Shown piece by piece: positions 12,985-26,194 of a DNA stretch of 64,000 nucleotides. The DNA comes from Octopus sinensis (taxonomy: Eukaryota). Below the pieces are notes generated by a model, which saw only the letters and a list, made by a program, of their open reading frames with translations, ran no database searches and was not told the DNA's origin. Position numbers and translations under genes: made by a program. Positions within the stretch are counted from its first letter, which is position 1. Each line of letters opens with the position of its first letter. The DNA is taken from contig NC_042999.1 in assembly GCF_006345805.1 (NCBI RefSeq), positions 117,552,001 to 117,616,000 on the forward strand, in the 5' to 3' direction.

Positions 12985-13066
12985 CCTTCTATATAATAAA
13001 TTAATTTTACTTGCTATGTATTGAGTACCTTATTTACTGTGGTTAAACCCGAATCAACCCGGGACC

Positions 13067-13112
<46 letters not shown>

Positions 13113-13128
13113 GTATATGTATATTATA

Positions 13129-13179
<51 letters not shown>

Positions 13180-13181
<2 letters not shown>

Positions 13182-14195
13182 AGCATTAAAGACCCGTCGT
13201 TGCCGGGTCATAGTGCTAGTGCATGTATATATGTGTACATATTACATGTACATCTATATATATACATCTACACATAAAAAACAAAATACATAGTTATATC
13301 TTGATATCGCTAGTGATAACAATACTCAAAATATATAACAGACTGGAATTGTTAGCCCGTCTCTTGTAATTTCGTCAATTGTATCTTGTCGTCCCTGTTG
13401 TATAGAAGTGTGGCTACACTCCAGCCTACCTCTAGATAGGCGGGGGGGGGGGCATTAAAATTTTTTTGCGGGACGTCCTACGTCCCAGATATAAAGGTAT
13501 GAATAAAATATTTTCACTTTGCAAGTTCGACTCGAGTACTCTCTTGCATGCTCCGTTGACTCGAACTTTGCTTCTATTGTGGCGAATTTACCGCCTCTGG
13601 TTAGGATATCTTTCATAGTCGCTCCAAGACACTTTTCGATGGTGCTTTCCTCCAGGTGTTCAAATCTTTTTTCTCTACATTGTATACTTTATAGACAATA
13701 GTCTTTGTTTTAATTTAATTTTTTATTATCCATCTGGACTATTCCATTTCTGCACGCTAATTTTATTTTTAATTTATTCCCATTCATGTGAAACCACTTA
13801 TTCAAGTTCAAGTCATTGATGCCATTTTATACCAATTGCTATTTTTACTTTTGTTATGTTACGATTATATTATACCTTAGTTTGATTTTAATTATTACTT
13901 ACTACATATAATTCAATTGTTATTATTATTTTTATTGTTAATGTGAAAGTATCTGACATAAAATAGAGAAACGTTTTTGTTTCACTTTTAACACGTGGAA
14001 ATAGTGGAGAAGATATGATATTGCTATGGGCTCGCTCTAGGCAAGAAGTTGAACATTTTTTTTGCCGATGACACTCACACTCCCCAGGCCCTAAGTAAGG
14101 CATGTGTAAAATTTGAATGAAATTGGTTGTGTAGTTCTCAAGCTTTAGGGAAATACACAGACAGACACACATTCTCAGTTTTATATATATAAAGA
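13180..14195 (-). mobile_element. Complete ~1-kb non-autonomous Helitron
   Basis: On the minus strand: A|TC start at 14195 (TCtttatatatataaaactgagaatg..), subterminal hairpin GACCCG/CGGGTC (13191-13209), CTAG end at 13180; internal blocks shared with 46800-47778. Confidence 0.8.
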
Positions 14196-14215
14196 TATAT
14201 ATGTGTGTGTGTGTG

Positions 14216-14261
<46 letters not shown>

Positions 14262-14660
14262 AAGCCAGAGAAAGAGAGAGAAAGCGTTGATGAGTGTCTG
14301 CGTGTGAACTTCCACAATATAAAACCAACACAGAAACTAATCTTGTTTTCAGTTTCTCTCTTTTAGTTTTTTGTATATAAACTTTGGATTATAGTGAAAA
14401 TCTTGTTCCCACTATAATGTATATACCACGTTTCATACTACATACATTGCGTATACGGGCTATTTCGAATTTTAAATTGTAAATTTATCCTACCAACTCC
14501 ACAGCAAAGATTTCACACATGCATGAGTGCATTTATGCACCATAATCACTTTGTCATTTACACTTCCTTCGATTCTATGATTTTCCCTTTCTTTGTGTAC
14601 GTGTACATTGTTTTCTTTCACACATTGATTCCCACTAAGCACTCGTCTCCTACTTCTTAT

Positions 14661-15078
14661 TTCTTTACTGCCCACAAGGGGCTACACACAGAGAAGGACA
14701 AACAAGGACAGACAAACGGATTAAGTCGATTATATCGACCCCAGTGCGTAACTGGTACTTAATTTATTGACCCCGAAAGGATGAAAGGCAAAATCGACTT
14801 CGGCGGAATTTGAACTCAAAACGTAGCGGCAGATGAAATACCTGTTTCTTTATTATCCACAAGGGGCTAAACATAGAGGGGACAAACAAGGACAGACACA
14901 CGGATTAAGTCGATTACATTGACCACAGTGCGTAACTGGTACTTAATTTATTGACTCCGAAAGGATGAAAGGCAAAATCGACCTCGGTGGAATTTGAACT
15001 CAGAACGTAGCGGCAGACGAAATACTGCTACGCATTTCGCCCGGCGTGCTAACGTTTCTGCCAGCTCGCCGCCTTACA
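14661..15078 (-). mobile_element. tRNA-derived SINE (family A) with internally duplicated body and 15-bp TSD
   Basis: Head GGCGGCGAGCTGGCAGAAACGTTAG..GAGTTCAAATTCC (A/B boxes); body repeated (14661-14835, 14845-15075); TCTCCTACTTCTTAT at 14646-14660 and 15079-15093. Confidence 0.88.
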
Positions 15079-16469
15079 TCTCCTACTTCTTATGTGAACT
15101 CACTTTGTATATTTCTGTCTATCTTTTGCTCTTTCTCCCCTTCTCTCCATAGGATGTAAAGCGTGACTAGAGAAATAATCCAGCCAACCAACAAACCAAC
15201 CAACACACAAACAAAGTAATCATCGAATCTTTGTGTAGGCCTATATACCGGCTATTATTGTATATAGAACTTCTTGTATATTATTTGTTAAAATATCAAC
15301 ATTGTTGATTCCAATTCCCATTGTATTTCGCGTTTGATAAACTAAGCACTAAGCAAAAACTGGAACCAATTCCTTATCTCATGAAAAAATTGTGTATTGC
15401 AAAGTTGTGATTAATGTAATCATAGAAAACACATGTAAAGATATGTATTCACTTCCACCTTATATAAACAAGGTGAGAAAACTGGCAGGAAGGGATATCC
15501 GATTCCCTATTACTTGATTTGTACTATATTTTCACTAATCCACTACTCCAGGCGCAATGAAAGGGTAGGTTGGTCTTACCAGGAATTGATCTCAGAACAA
15601 AAAATTCTAGGAGAAATACTGCAATGTAAACAATTTCGTTCAACGCTTTAACATTCTAATAATAATGGTATGAATTAATAGCACGCAATATCTTTCACAG
15701 ACAACCTGTTTACTGATATGCTATTTAACTATAAACCTCTACTTCCTAAGAACTTTGTGGTACATTTATAATGCTGATTTGGTCTTGTTTGTGAGCAGAT
15801 AAATAATACTTTTGCTGGATGTTACTATTAGTTTATTTAATTGTAGCCTCGTTTCTCGTTGATTTCTTTCGGGTACATTCTAACATGAAATGATCTTTAT
15901 TGCGAGAACTTTTCTTAGCTTAGTGGGTAAAGTTCTTTCATGTTCTTGACAAGGAGAATTTCTCTTCCAAGACAGTTACGGTAGTTAAAGTATTTCCGTA
16001 TTTGAGTGTACATGAACATATTAAATGTATATATACACACCATTATTTTCATCATTATTGCTTAGTGTTAATATACATTTAATTACTTAATAAATTCCGG
16101 CTTGACAAAGCTTTGCACACGCCAGAAAATTTAATTTTTCTGCATACATGTAAGAACGGTAATTCGTGCATACATGTACGAATGCAATTTGCGCATACAC
16201 GTAAGAATGCATTTCGTATCGTAGAGGGCCACGGACTATGTATTCAGTATTCATAACTGATGAAATGCAGCAGAACAGAAACACGTGTCCTACAGTCAAA
16301 TGATATCATTTATATCCAAGCTTAGTGCGTATAATATACATTGCTTATAAGGAGAAATTCTTCTCCTTCACCGTTACTACAAAGTGAAGGTTTCACTAAT
16401 TTTAAGTGTAGATGTATATGGGAGTGCGTGTGCGTACACACACGCACGCACATATACATTTAAAACCAC

Positions 16470-16511
16470 ATCTATCTATCTATCCATCTATATATCCATC
16501 TATACATGTAC

Positions 16512-16564
<53 letters not shown>

Positions 16565-16608
16565 CATCCATCCATCTATCTATCTATCTATCTATCTATA
16601 TATCTATA

Positions 16609-16666
<58 letters not shown>

Positions 16667-16675
16667 CCTATCTGT
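16470..16675. repeat. (TATC)n microsatellite; similar tracts at ~43355-43635, ~48490-48755 and ~56935-57040
   Basis: Direct; source of the YLSI/SIYL ORFs. Confidence 0.97.
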
Positions 16676-18202
16676 TTATAAGTATATGTATGTATATGTA
16701 CACACACACTCAAGCTTAAGTTTTCTTTCTTCAGTATTCCAAATATTACCTTGTTACTTGTCAAAGCATTGACAAGAGTATATGTGAAGAAGTAGAAAAG
16801 GAAATTGCTTTCAGCTTAAAATGATATACACTTTTCCTTTGTCAATGCACTTTAAGTAAGGTAAAAGTCAATATTTCTAATAAGATATTGACGTTAATTT
16901 CAAAGTGTACGGGAGCGATGGGTGTGTGGAACTGTTAGAATGTCCCAGAAATTGGGTTGCGATATTTAGTCGTGCACCTCTGATAGTTAATTCGTTCCAC
17001 AATGTTCAGCAGTGAATGCGTTATAACATTTACAGACGAATGCATGGTTATATCTGATGTGTTTAACAGATGCTGTAGGTATGACTCGGTAAAATACCCG
17101 CAGGACATTCAATTACAGCATGCAGATAGCTATGGAAGCTTATGATAAAAGACAGCCTGTCACACCGTCGGTGTAATTGAGATGAAGTGTGATGGAATTT
17201 TATGAGCAGAACGATGATGATGATGATGATGATGATGACGAAAACGATGACAATGTCGACTGAGATGAAGATGACAATAACGGTGATAATCTATATTGGT
17301 GATAGTGGTGATAAGCTATATTGTTCTACATAATCTTCTATAGCGCTATTTCATCGAAAAATATAATGTAATATATTATATAATATAATATTATTCAACA
17401 CAATGATATATAATATGATGTTATATAATAGATCCCACACACACACACACTCTCTTGCTGTCATACACACACAAACACACGGACACACACACACACATAA
17501 TAAATTAATTTACAAATTAATATATGTCTAGTTCTGTATCACAATTCTCTATGGATCTCATTGCCTGTTCTTTCTGCAAAGCAGTTTGATCAATACTTTT
17601 GAAAATAAGAAGTAATTATAAAGCAATGTCTGAAATTATAAGCACGTACTGAATGTTGAACGTTACGAAAAATATGTCATTCTAATTGCATCATTAACCG
17701 TTGCCATATACCGTCTATAGCCGTTAAAAACAGGAAATTAGTTTAATATGAATGATGTCAAACGTTCGAAGGAGGAAATATGAGAGCAACAATCATATAA
17801 CCGGTAGTAATGTTTAGGGAAATTTATGGACATAAATTAAGCCCCAAAACGTATTTGCAATGCTTTCACAGACTAACACACTGTTACAATAACCTGAATC
17901 GAGGAGTTTTAGTCGATTCAAATTAAACACAGCAGATTATTGAGTCTTATTGCCTCGATTCCACACGACAAAAATCGACCCAATTCGGCACGCATTGATT
18001 TCGAAAACATACCGAGAAGTAAATGTCTGTCAATCCGCTGCTCAAGAATGGTACCTTGCTTATCGAACTCGAATAAGTGAAAGGCAAGGAAAAGTTGTCT
18101 CGGGAAAATATAAACTCAGACCTAAAAAATAATATCTGAGATCTTACACGTACATAAAATACCAGTACATTTGTTTCAGTACCATATATGATAAAAATGA
18201 TG

Positions 18203-18271
<69 letters not shown>

Positions 18272-18274
<3 letters not shown>

Positions 18275-18826
18275 GCCCTGATGCAGTACCAGGCAATGGC
18301 TCTCATGGCTTCTGATCTTAACTGATTGGAAGTGTTATCATGTACATTGTTTTGTCTTGGTATAAAAGATGGGCTACAGCAAATATTCTGCTCAATACCA
18401 CAGATTGCTTGTCAGTTGTTTGACCTTAACCAGTTGAGCATGTCCCTTAGTGGCTGACGATATGTGCATCTCTGATCACGAGCAGAAGTAGTGGGGGAGC
18501 ATCATAGCCATGTGTTGAGAGGGATTCTTGGGGTTTGAATAATTCACCTCTGGAAACATGGGTGGTTCTTTCAACATCCTTAAACAACCCTTATTCAGGG
18601 ACCGTTTGAGCGGGATGGGCTACTCAACCTGAAGAAAATTCTAACTGGGCCCCACCTGCAAGGTCATGTGCTGTTTATCTTGATATGAGATCACCATGTC
18701 GCGCACATATGGTTGTGATGCATGTGCCTGGTGTGCCTTTATCAGACGGGTAGTCATGATGGGTATATTGGGCTTCGTATATTTTACCCCAGTGTCACTT
18801 TGATGGCATGAACTGCTCTCTCACTC
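18272..18826. mobile_element. ~555-bp non-coding interspersed element embedded in an (AAT)n tract
   Basis: GC-richer block with sharp ends flanked by (AAT)n on both sides (18205-18271, 18827-18893); no ORF. Mobile origin is inferred from the context. Confidence 0.6.
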
Positions 18827-18882
<56 letters not shown>

Positions 18883-19049
18883 TAATAATAATACGTTGTA
18901 ATTTCACTGTATTTATGTACACAAACGCGCGCGCACATGCATACATACATACATATATACATACATACATGCATATATATATGTATGTATGACGTATGTG
19001 CGCGAGAGTTTGCGAGGGTCTATTATATATATTATATATATATATATAT

Positions 19050-19095
<46 letters not shown>

Positions 19096-19559
19096 TATAC
19101 ATTTAATTGAAGAAAATGAAGAGTTGAAAGTTAATAATCATTTACTAATAAAGTCATACTTCATAATTATCATTAAATAAATTACAAATATATGCTTTAA
19201 ATTTTCATTTATAAGATACGAACATAATATCATCTAGGGAAAAGATATTGTATACTTTTTCCCAGATGATATTTTCTTGATATCTTATAGATTTAAAGCA
19301 TAGAATTGTAATTTATTTAATGAACACATTTAAAACAGCAGGAGGAAGTATGAAGTATGATTTTATTAATAAATAATTATTAACTTGCAACTTGCCTTTT
19401 TCTTTTATTCTATTAACTGAATACTGATTATAAGCAAAATATACACCTATTGAAATAGGGAAGTTTTGTTTTTCAAACATAATTATAGAACCAGTGTTTG
19501 TGGGACGTAATAATCCCTTTAAGAGGTTAATATATCCTCTAATTTATATATATATATAT

Positions 19560-19775
19560 ATTCTTTTATTCTATTTGTTTCAGCTATTTGACTGCGGGCA
19601 TGCTAGCACAGTGCCTTGAAGTGTTTTTAGTCGAAGAAATCGAAGCCAAGATTTATCCTTTGTAAGCTTAATACGTATTCTCTCGGTGTCTTTTGCCGAA
19701 CCAGTAAGTTATAAGGACGTAAACACACCAACACCATTTGTCAAGCAGAGATTGTGGGAAAAACACAATCACACA
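19560..19775 (-). mobile_element. SINE family B, 3' half, diverged
   Basis: Reverse-strand similarity to 51300-51508 (cggttcggcaaaaga, gaataagta, catggccgcagtcaaa). Confidence 0.7.
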
Positions 19776-20124
19776 CACGGACATGAATATATACATACAT
19801 ATATGTATCTATATATATATATATATATTATATATATATATATATTATATATAATATATATATATATATATACATATAGTTGAGGTGTATTCCATCAAGA
19901 AAGTATTAGAGTACAAAATAGAGCTCGTTCACCCTTAGGTCCTATTATACAGATAAACCATTACTTAATTTAAATTAAAATCCTATATATGTGGATCTAT
20001 GTTGCATCGAAACAGGTGTCGTGGTCATTAAACAGTTGTCGAATCCTACTCCCTCTTCCTTTTGGCTCTATTTATTCTCTTTGTATTCTATATTCTATAT
20101 ATATTAATATATATATATAATATG

Positions 20125-20190
<66 letters not shown>

Positions 20191-20219
20191 AATATGCATA
20201 AATATATATATATATATGC

Positions 20220-20258
<39 letters not shown>

Positions 20259-20413
20259 CATACATATATATAGAGGTTATAAGGTAATGGTGTCAATAAG
20301 TGCCAAAGGTGTCAGGTAATGCTGAGTAAGTGCTATGGACAGATAATTAAGCTCAAGTTTCGGAGATTATGCGAATGAGGAGTCAAACGTAGGTCATATA
20401 TCAGCATATTTAC

Positions 20414-20610
20414 ATATAGAATTTTTCAGAATGAGATAAAAATCCAAGGCTATGAAACATCTTAGAACATTTATAAATAGAACGTCTTACAGCTGTTTCC
20501 GGGATATTTTATATTCCCTTTATCCCGGAAACAGCTGTAAGACCTATTTATAAATGTTCTAAAAAATTTCACAGCCGTGGATTTTTATCACATTCTGAAA
20601 ATTTATATAT
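20414..20610. repeat. Fold-back inverted repeat of a PLE-like 3' tail beginning inside a hammerhead (~90-bp arms, 14-nt spacer)
   Basis: Inner 23 bp perfect (gtcttacagctgtttccgggata / tatcccggaaacagctgtaagac), outer part diverged; contains GAAA-CAGCTG-TA; right arm runs into (TA)n. Confidence 0.8.
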
Positions 20611-20616
20611 ATATAT

Positions 20617-20729
<113 letters not shown>

Positions 20730-20759
20730 CGGGAGCGTGTGTGTATGTATGTATGTATA

Positions 20760-20855
20760 CGACGGGCTTCTCTCAATATGCGCCTACCAAGGTTCCAGTA
20801 TGCGTCTACCAAACTGAAATCATGTGGTTGGGAAGCAAGCTTCTTACCACATGTC
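20760..20855 (-). mobile_element. SINE family B, 5' fragment
   Basis: catgtggttgggaagcaagcttcttaccaca matches the reverse complement of the 51121 head. Confidence 0.6.
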
Positions 20856-21430
20856 AAGTAGGGATTAATAAGTGATATACTTCTTGAGCTCTCTGCAGGC
20901 AAAAAAAATACACCAATCTAACAGAGAATTGATCAGTATTGTACTTCCCGTAATCTGTCCTCGAATGCGTAAGTTGAAGTACATCAATAGTCAAATTTGT
21001 CAAGCCATGGTTGCATTACCTAGTTGCGATAGTAAATCTTCACGGAATTATATGTTAAATAGAAGGAATTAATGTGTTGTGTACACTTATTTAGTCATTT
21101 AAGGCCTACATCATTTTCAGATACGTATTTGGGGGCGTACATGTTTCAAACTTATCAATCGATTGATTTTTGGATCGATTCGGTACCGAACAAGGATTCT
21201 GGATTATTATATTTAAATGAATTTACATAATTACAATCTTACGTTGACTTTCAAGTCTTACTCAATTATTTCCCTTTAGGCTGTTTCCAAAGTTTTATTT
21301 TTGTTCCTCTATTATTAATTTTACTCGCGTCTCTATCTTAGTAGAAACTGATGGATAAAGAAATCAAACTACATAAACAAGCAGCAGCAAAACCGTTCAG
21401 AAATTAAATAACACTAACATATTTTTATAA

Positions 21431-21497
21431 CATATATATTATACATATATATTATACATATATATTATACATATATATTATACATATATATTATACA
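21431..21497. repeat. 13-bp minisatellite (CATATATATTATA) x5
   Basis: Directly visible tandem copies. Confidence 0.9.
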
Positions 21498-21654
21498 TCA
21501 TACAGAAATATTTACAATTTACAATATACTTACATATATACACACAACTATACATCGATCTAAAATAACAGGAATACTAGAGGAAGGCCGGAATTTAAGA
21601 GAAGAGAAAACCAAAAGGTCTCATGCTATTTATTTAAAAATTCCCGAGTATAAC

Positions 21655-22111
<457 letters not shown>

Positions 22112-22479
22112 TTATTATTATTATTATTAGTCAAGACGAAGAGCGCGATTCGATTGTAGTAGATATTTTATTGGTTGAACGATATTTTAACAGTAAGTCT
22201 GTCTTTGTCAAGGTCAAAATAAAAAGTGATAAACATTCAAAATTTGAATGTAAAGTATGAACGAGAGCAACCAGCGTCCACACGTTCATTGGAGTATCTG
22301 GCTGGTCTTTGAAGGGGCTTACGGGACATCGGATACCTGACTGACTAGGAAATATGCGTGTGTGTGTGTGCGTGGGTGCATGTGTGTGTGTGTGTATACC
22401 AGCTGTATGAGTGCATGGATGTAGGTGCCTGATGCCTCACCGTGTGTATTTGTAAGCTAGTATATGGGCGGGAGATGAG

Positions 22480-22700
22480 ACATCAGGTCATTGGTGCGTA
22501 TATAGTTTTTTTCCAGGGTAGAGTAATCTCTATTCCTGCATCTAAGGGAATGCATTATCTGCAGGTACCTTCCCTTGAATTCAATGTCTGTCAAGTCCCT
22601 GTAGATTGTCTTGTAACGCCATTGGATGGTGTGTGGGTTGCTCTGTAGATAACAACCCTTGAAATAGGATCCACCTAGAGTTTCGGCAATTACAGAAGTA
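22480..22700 (-). mobile_element. Old PLE GIY-YIG endonuclease relic
   Basis: TLGGSYFKGCYLQSN..TIYRDLTDIEFKGRYLQIMHSLRCRNRDYSTL parallels CPLNNNCLQRDLVYTC..YIGMTSNSFKTRWYAHTHSFRRQDKSNQTTL of the young PLE. Confidence 0.5.
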
Positions 22701-22921
22701 AAGGTTTTCGGCAATGATGCTGGTAGTAATGATAATAGTAGTGTTTCTTTCCCCACACTTTTTCATTTCCATTTCCATTGTCGTTGACATTGCTGTTGTT
22801 GTCCACACATTGTCTGTTAACAGGCAATAGTAAGAAATTAGTATTGTATTGACTGTTGGAACAGCTAATTGCACCCTGGAGTTGAGTAAGAATATTTTTC
22901 AAATACTACGACTACGACGGC

Positions 22922-22956
<35 letters not shown>

Positions 22957-22957
22957 C

Positions 22958-22997
<40 letters not shown>

Positions 22998-23999
22998 CTG
23001 ATGATGATGATGGTGATAATTATAATATCTATTGGCAATTTTTGTTAAGGAGATTTATGATTGTTTTCCACGAAGAAAAAAAATAACCTAGAGAATGTAA
23101 AGGAGATGGAAATACAATACGTAGAGAGCAGAACTTTCTTGTATTCCTCTCCTTGGTCCATCCTCTAGCTGCATACGTACATACAAAAATATAAATCTAC
23201 TTATTCAGCTACATTCTAATGATTCCAACTATATATGTATCCGTCGATCTGTTTGTCTACCTGTCAATATGTATAACCATCGTTCTGTCAATAAACATAG
23301 ACAAAGGTATCGAACAGAAACTTTCTTTCGGAAATTAAATCTTCAATGATTGTCAAGTGTGTTTTATTATACTAGTATTTTTAGAATCTAATATAGACTA
23401 TTGCATGATTTATTATCGGATGGAGACAGTAAACCAGTATCTGAATGTAGAGCCGGGTGAGTTTGCTTTACATGTCTGGGTCTAAATTATGAAGGGTGAC
23501 GAGTGAAATAATCAGAAAGGGTACAGGCGAGAGAGAAAGGAACAGAGAGAGAGAGAGAGAGGAGAGAGAGAGGAGAGAGAGAGCGAGGGGAGAGAGAGAG
23601 AGGAAAAGAGAATTTGTATTCATCTTAGAGAAAAATATATGGAAAGTGAGAGCGGGAGAGAGAGAGAGAGAGTGACTGATAGTTTATGTCCGTCTAAGAG
23701 AATAAAGAATGGAAAACAAAATGGTAGACTTTCCTTTGTGTGCGTATGTGCGCGCGCGCGTGTGTATGTGTGTGTGTCTTTGTGTGTTTGCGTGTGTGTA
23801 CGTGCATGTGCGTATGCATAACTTTATAGTCAAAACATACACACATATATTGAATGCTTTCATTAAAATTTTTAGATCTTGTCGAACGACTGAATGCCAA
23901 AATAGGATAAGTTGACTGATAAGATGTATAGTTTATATCTGTAGTAATGGCACTCCGTCGGTTACGACGACGAGGGTTCCAGTTGATCTGTTCAACGGA

Positions 24000-24345
24000 A
24001 CTGTCTACTCGTGAAATTAACGTGCAAATGGCTGAACACTCCAAAGACACGTGTACCCTCAACGTAGTTCTCGGTGAGAATCAGCGTAACACAGTGTCCG
24101 ACAAGGTTGAACCTTTGAAAAAAGGTCGTTCCGTTTGAAATACAGGTACAACGGAACCAGGAAGAAAGAGTGAGAGAAAGTTGTGATGGAAGAGTACCGC
24201 AGGGTTCGCCACCCCACTGCCGGAGCCTCGTGGAGCTGTGGGTGTTTTTGCTCAATAAACACTCACATCTCCCGGTCTGGGAATCGGAACCGCGATCCTA
24301 CGACTACGAGTCCGCTGCCCTAACCACTGGGTTATTGCGCCTCCA
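24000..24345 (-). mobile_element. tRNA-derived SINE (family C)
   Basis: Minus-strand head GGAGGCGCAATAACCCAGTGGTTAGGGCAGCGGACTCGTAGTCGTAGGATCGCGGTTCCGATTCCC followed by a non-tRNA body. Confidence 0.75.
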
Positions 24346-24417
24346 CTTATATATGTATATTAGGAGTGAACAAATTCATGTATGAAAAATTTTGACGCCG
24401 TTTCAAACACATAAGTG

Positions 24418-24470
24418 TATACATACATACATACATACATACATACATACATACATACATACATACATAC

Positions 24471-24503
<33 letters not shown>

Positions 24504-24615
24504 CATACATACATATACATATACACATATACATATATATATATATATGCATCTATAAATACATACTTGCATACATACATACATACATACATACATACAT
24601 ACATACATACATACA

Positions 24616-24649
<34 letters not shown>

Positions 24650-24660
24650 CATACATATCT
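24418..24660. repeat. (TACA)n microsatellite
   Basis: Direct. Confidence 0.97.
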
Positions 24661-25419
24661 ATTATCTATCTCTGTATGTACGTGTGTACTTGTGTGTGTG
24701 TGAAAATTTGTGAAGTCTTTAATGAATACTGCAGGTAACATGGAATCCAGTATATCCTGTTGCATGGAAGGGTGACTACACCTGCCCCCAACTAATCTTG
24801 CCTGGGGAAGAGCGTTGCTAGAAACCTAGCAGGGCTAAAAACAAGACCCGTGAAGAGGACCTAGTGTAGGTGCAATGACTATCTATCAACAGCACGGACC
24901 CTCAGAAATTTCGGGTTGGTGCTCGACGTACTAGAAGACCACTCGCAGTGAGGCAACCTTCAGCTTATATGAAAGCATAGATCTAGGAGAAAGTTACTCC
25001 GATAAAAAGCCAGATATGCTGGGAATGACAATGTACATATTGGAGGTCCTTTGCACGCGCTTGTGATCATGAGGCTCTCACATTATTGAGCCTGCGACTC
25101 ATATTGACACTGGATACCTTGCTCTGGCTTATCTCTAGATCATGTCTCTAAGATGAAGAGGGTATGCAAAGTACTGAACAGCTCCTTTTAGGATCTGCAA
25201 TCTTCGGCAAAGCAACTTTTCGATGTCTGCTCTTGTAGGAGGGCGCTGCAGTGAGTGTGGAATCCAGGTGTGCGAAGCCGGATGAAGCTGACCGTGAGTG
25301 AAATATTCTCATGCATAGGTATTACTGGCATTTTGCATAACCAATGGTCAGTGATTCTCGTCCTTGGTCATGAGTGGACTATATATATATAATATTCGTA
25401 GCCACTTCAACATGGCTAC

Positions 25420-26190
25420 CCGTTCGAACGGACTCTACTCCGATTTTTTAACCTCAAGAAGACATCTCCTCTAGCTGGTTAAAGATGCTTCAGGATTTGC
25501 TTAAAATAATCAAGACTTGGAAGCGAAATTCTGTTGGTAGGGTGCTCCAATTAGCCCCATGCGAGATAGTCCAAGGAGTTCAAGTCTGGACTGGAAGAAA
25601 GCTAGAAGTTGGCAGGCCAAATGTCGGCGAAGTTGTTTACGCAGAATTTCTGCACTTTCTTTGCCGTATGAGCAGGAGAACTATCTTGGATCGACATATA
25701 ACTACCGGGTAGTTAAACTGCAGCCAAGGAAAAACCTTATACCGTAGGACTTAATAATAAAAGTCAGCCCTCACCTTTTCCCCAGACTTGAAAAAATGGA
25801 GAATCATCTTTTTTCCATCAGACGCCACGACTCCCAGTATGATGACTTGAGCTGGGGATTTGGTCCTAAAGCCACCCTTTACTTCAAAGGGTGGCTTAGC
25901 AATGTATCGAAGTTTTAAAACAACATCAACCGTAAAGTTATTTTCATCTGAAGATTTTGACGGTCTGTCCATTGTGCTTCAGGTATTGCAAACACTTTTT
26001 TTAACTCTTTCATTTCTTTTGGCATGAATCAATAGGTGTCTCGGGGTCGGGGTCCTCACATATGACCACAAATGTAAATCAATGGGTACAGAATTTCTGA
26101 TTGTGTTTGGATCAACTTTCATGTACATGGACAGTTTTCTCATGGATGTTGGGTCTTCCGAAATTTTGGCTTTGAGAGTTTTAAGAAATG
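25420..26190 (-). mobile_element. Tc1/mariner transposase relic, DD37D (maT-type)
   Basis: SSDENNFTVD..RTKSPAQVIILGVVASDGKK; QDSSPAHTAKKVQKFC..SSPDLNSLDYLAW with 37 residues between the last two Asp (one codon is now a stop); HTH-region relic at 25979-26190. Confidence 0.8.
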
Positions 26191-26194
26191 CATT

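Noticed and set aside
17930-18125. Minus-strand open frame FEFDKQGTILEQRIDRHLLLG with a GTATGT donor, loosely myosin-like
   Set aside because: The diagnostic SSRFGK motif is absent; short and unsupported.
24270-24345. tRNA gene (also heads at 15000-15075, 51120-51190, 59640-59712)
   Set aside because: A/B boxes are present but the cloverleaf is incomplete and each continues into a repeated SINE body.
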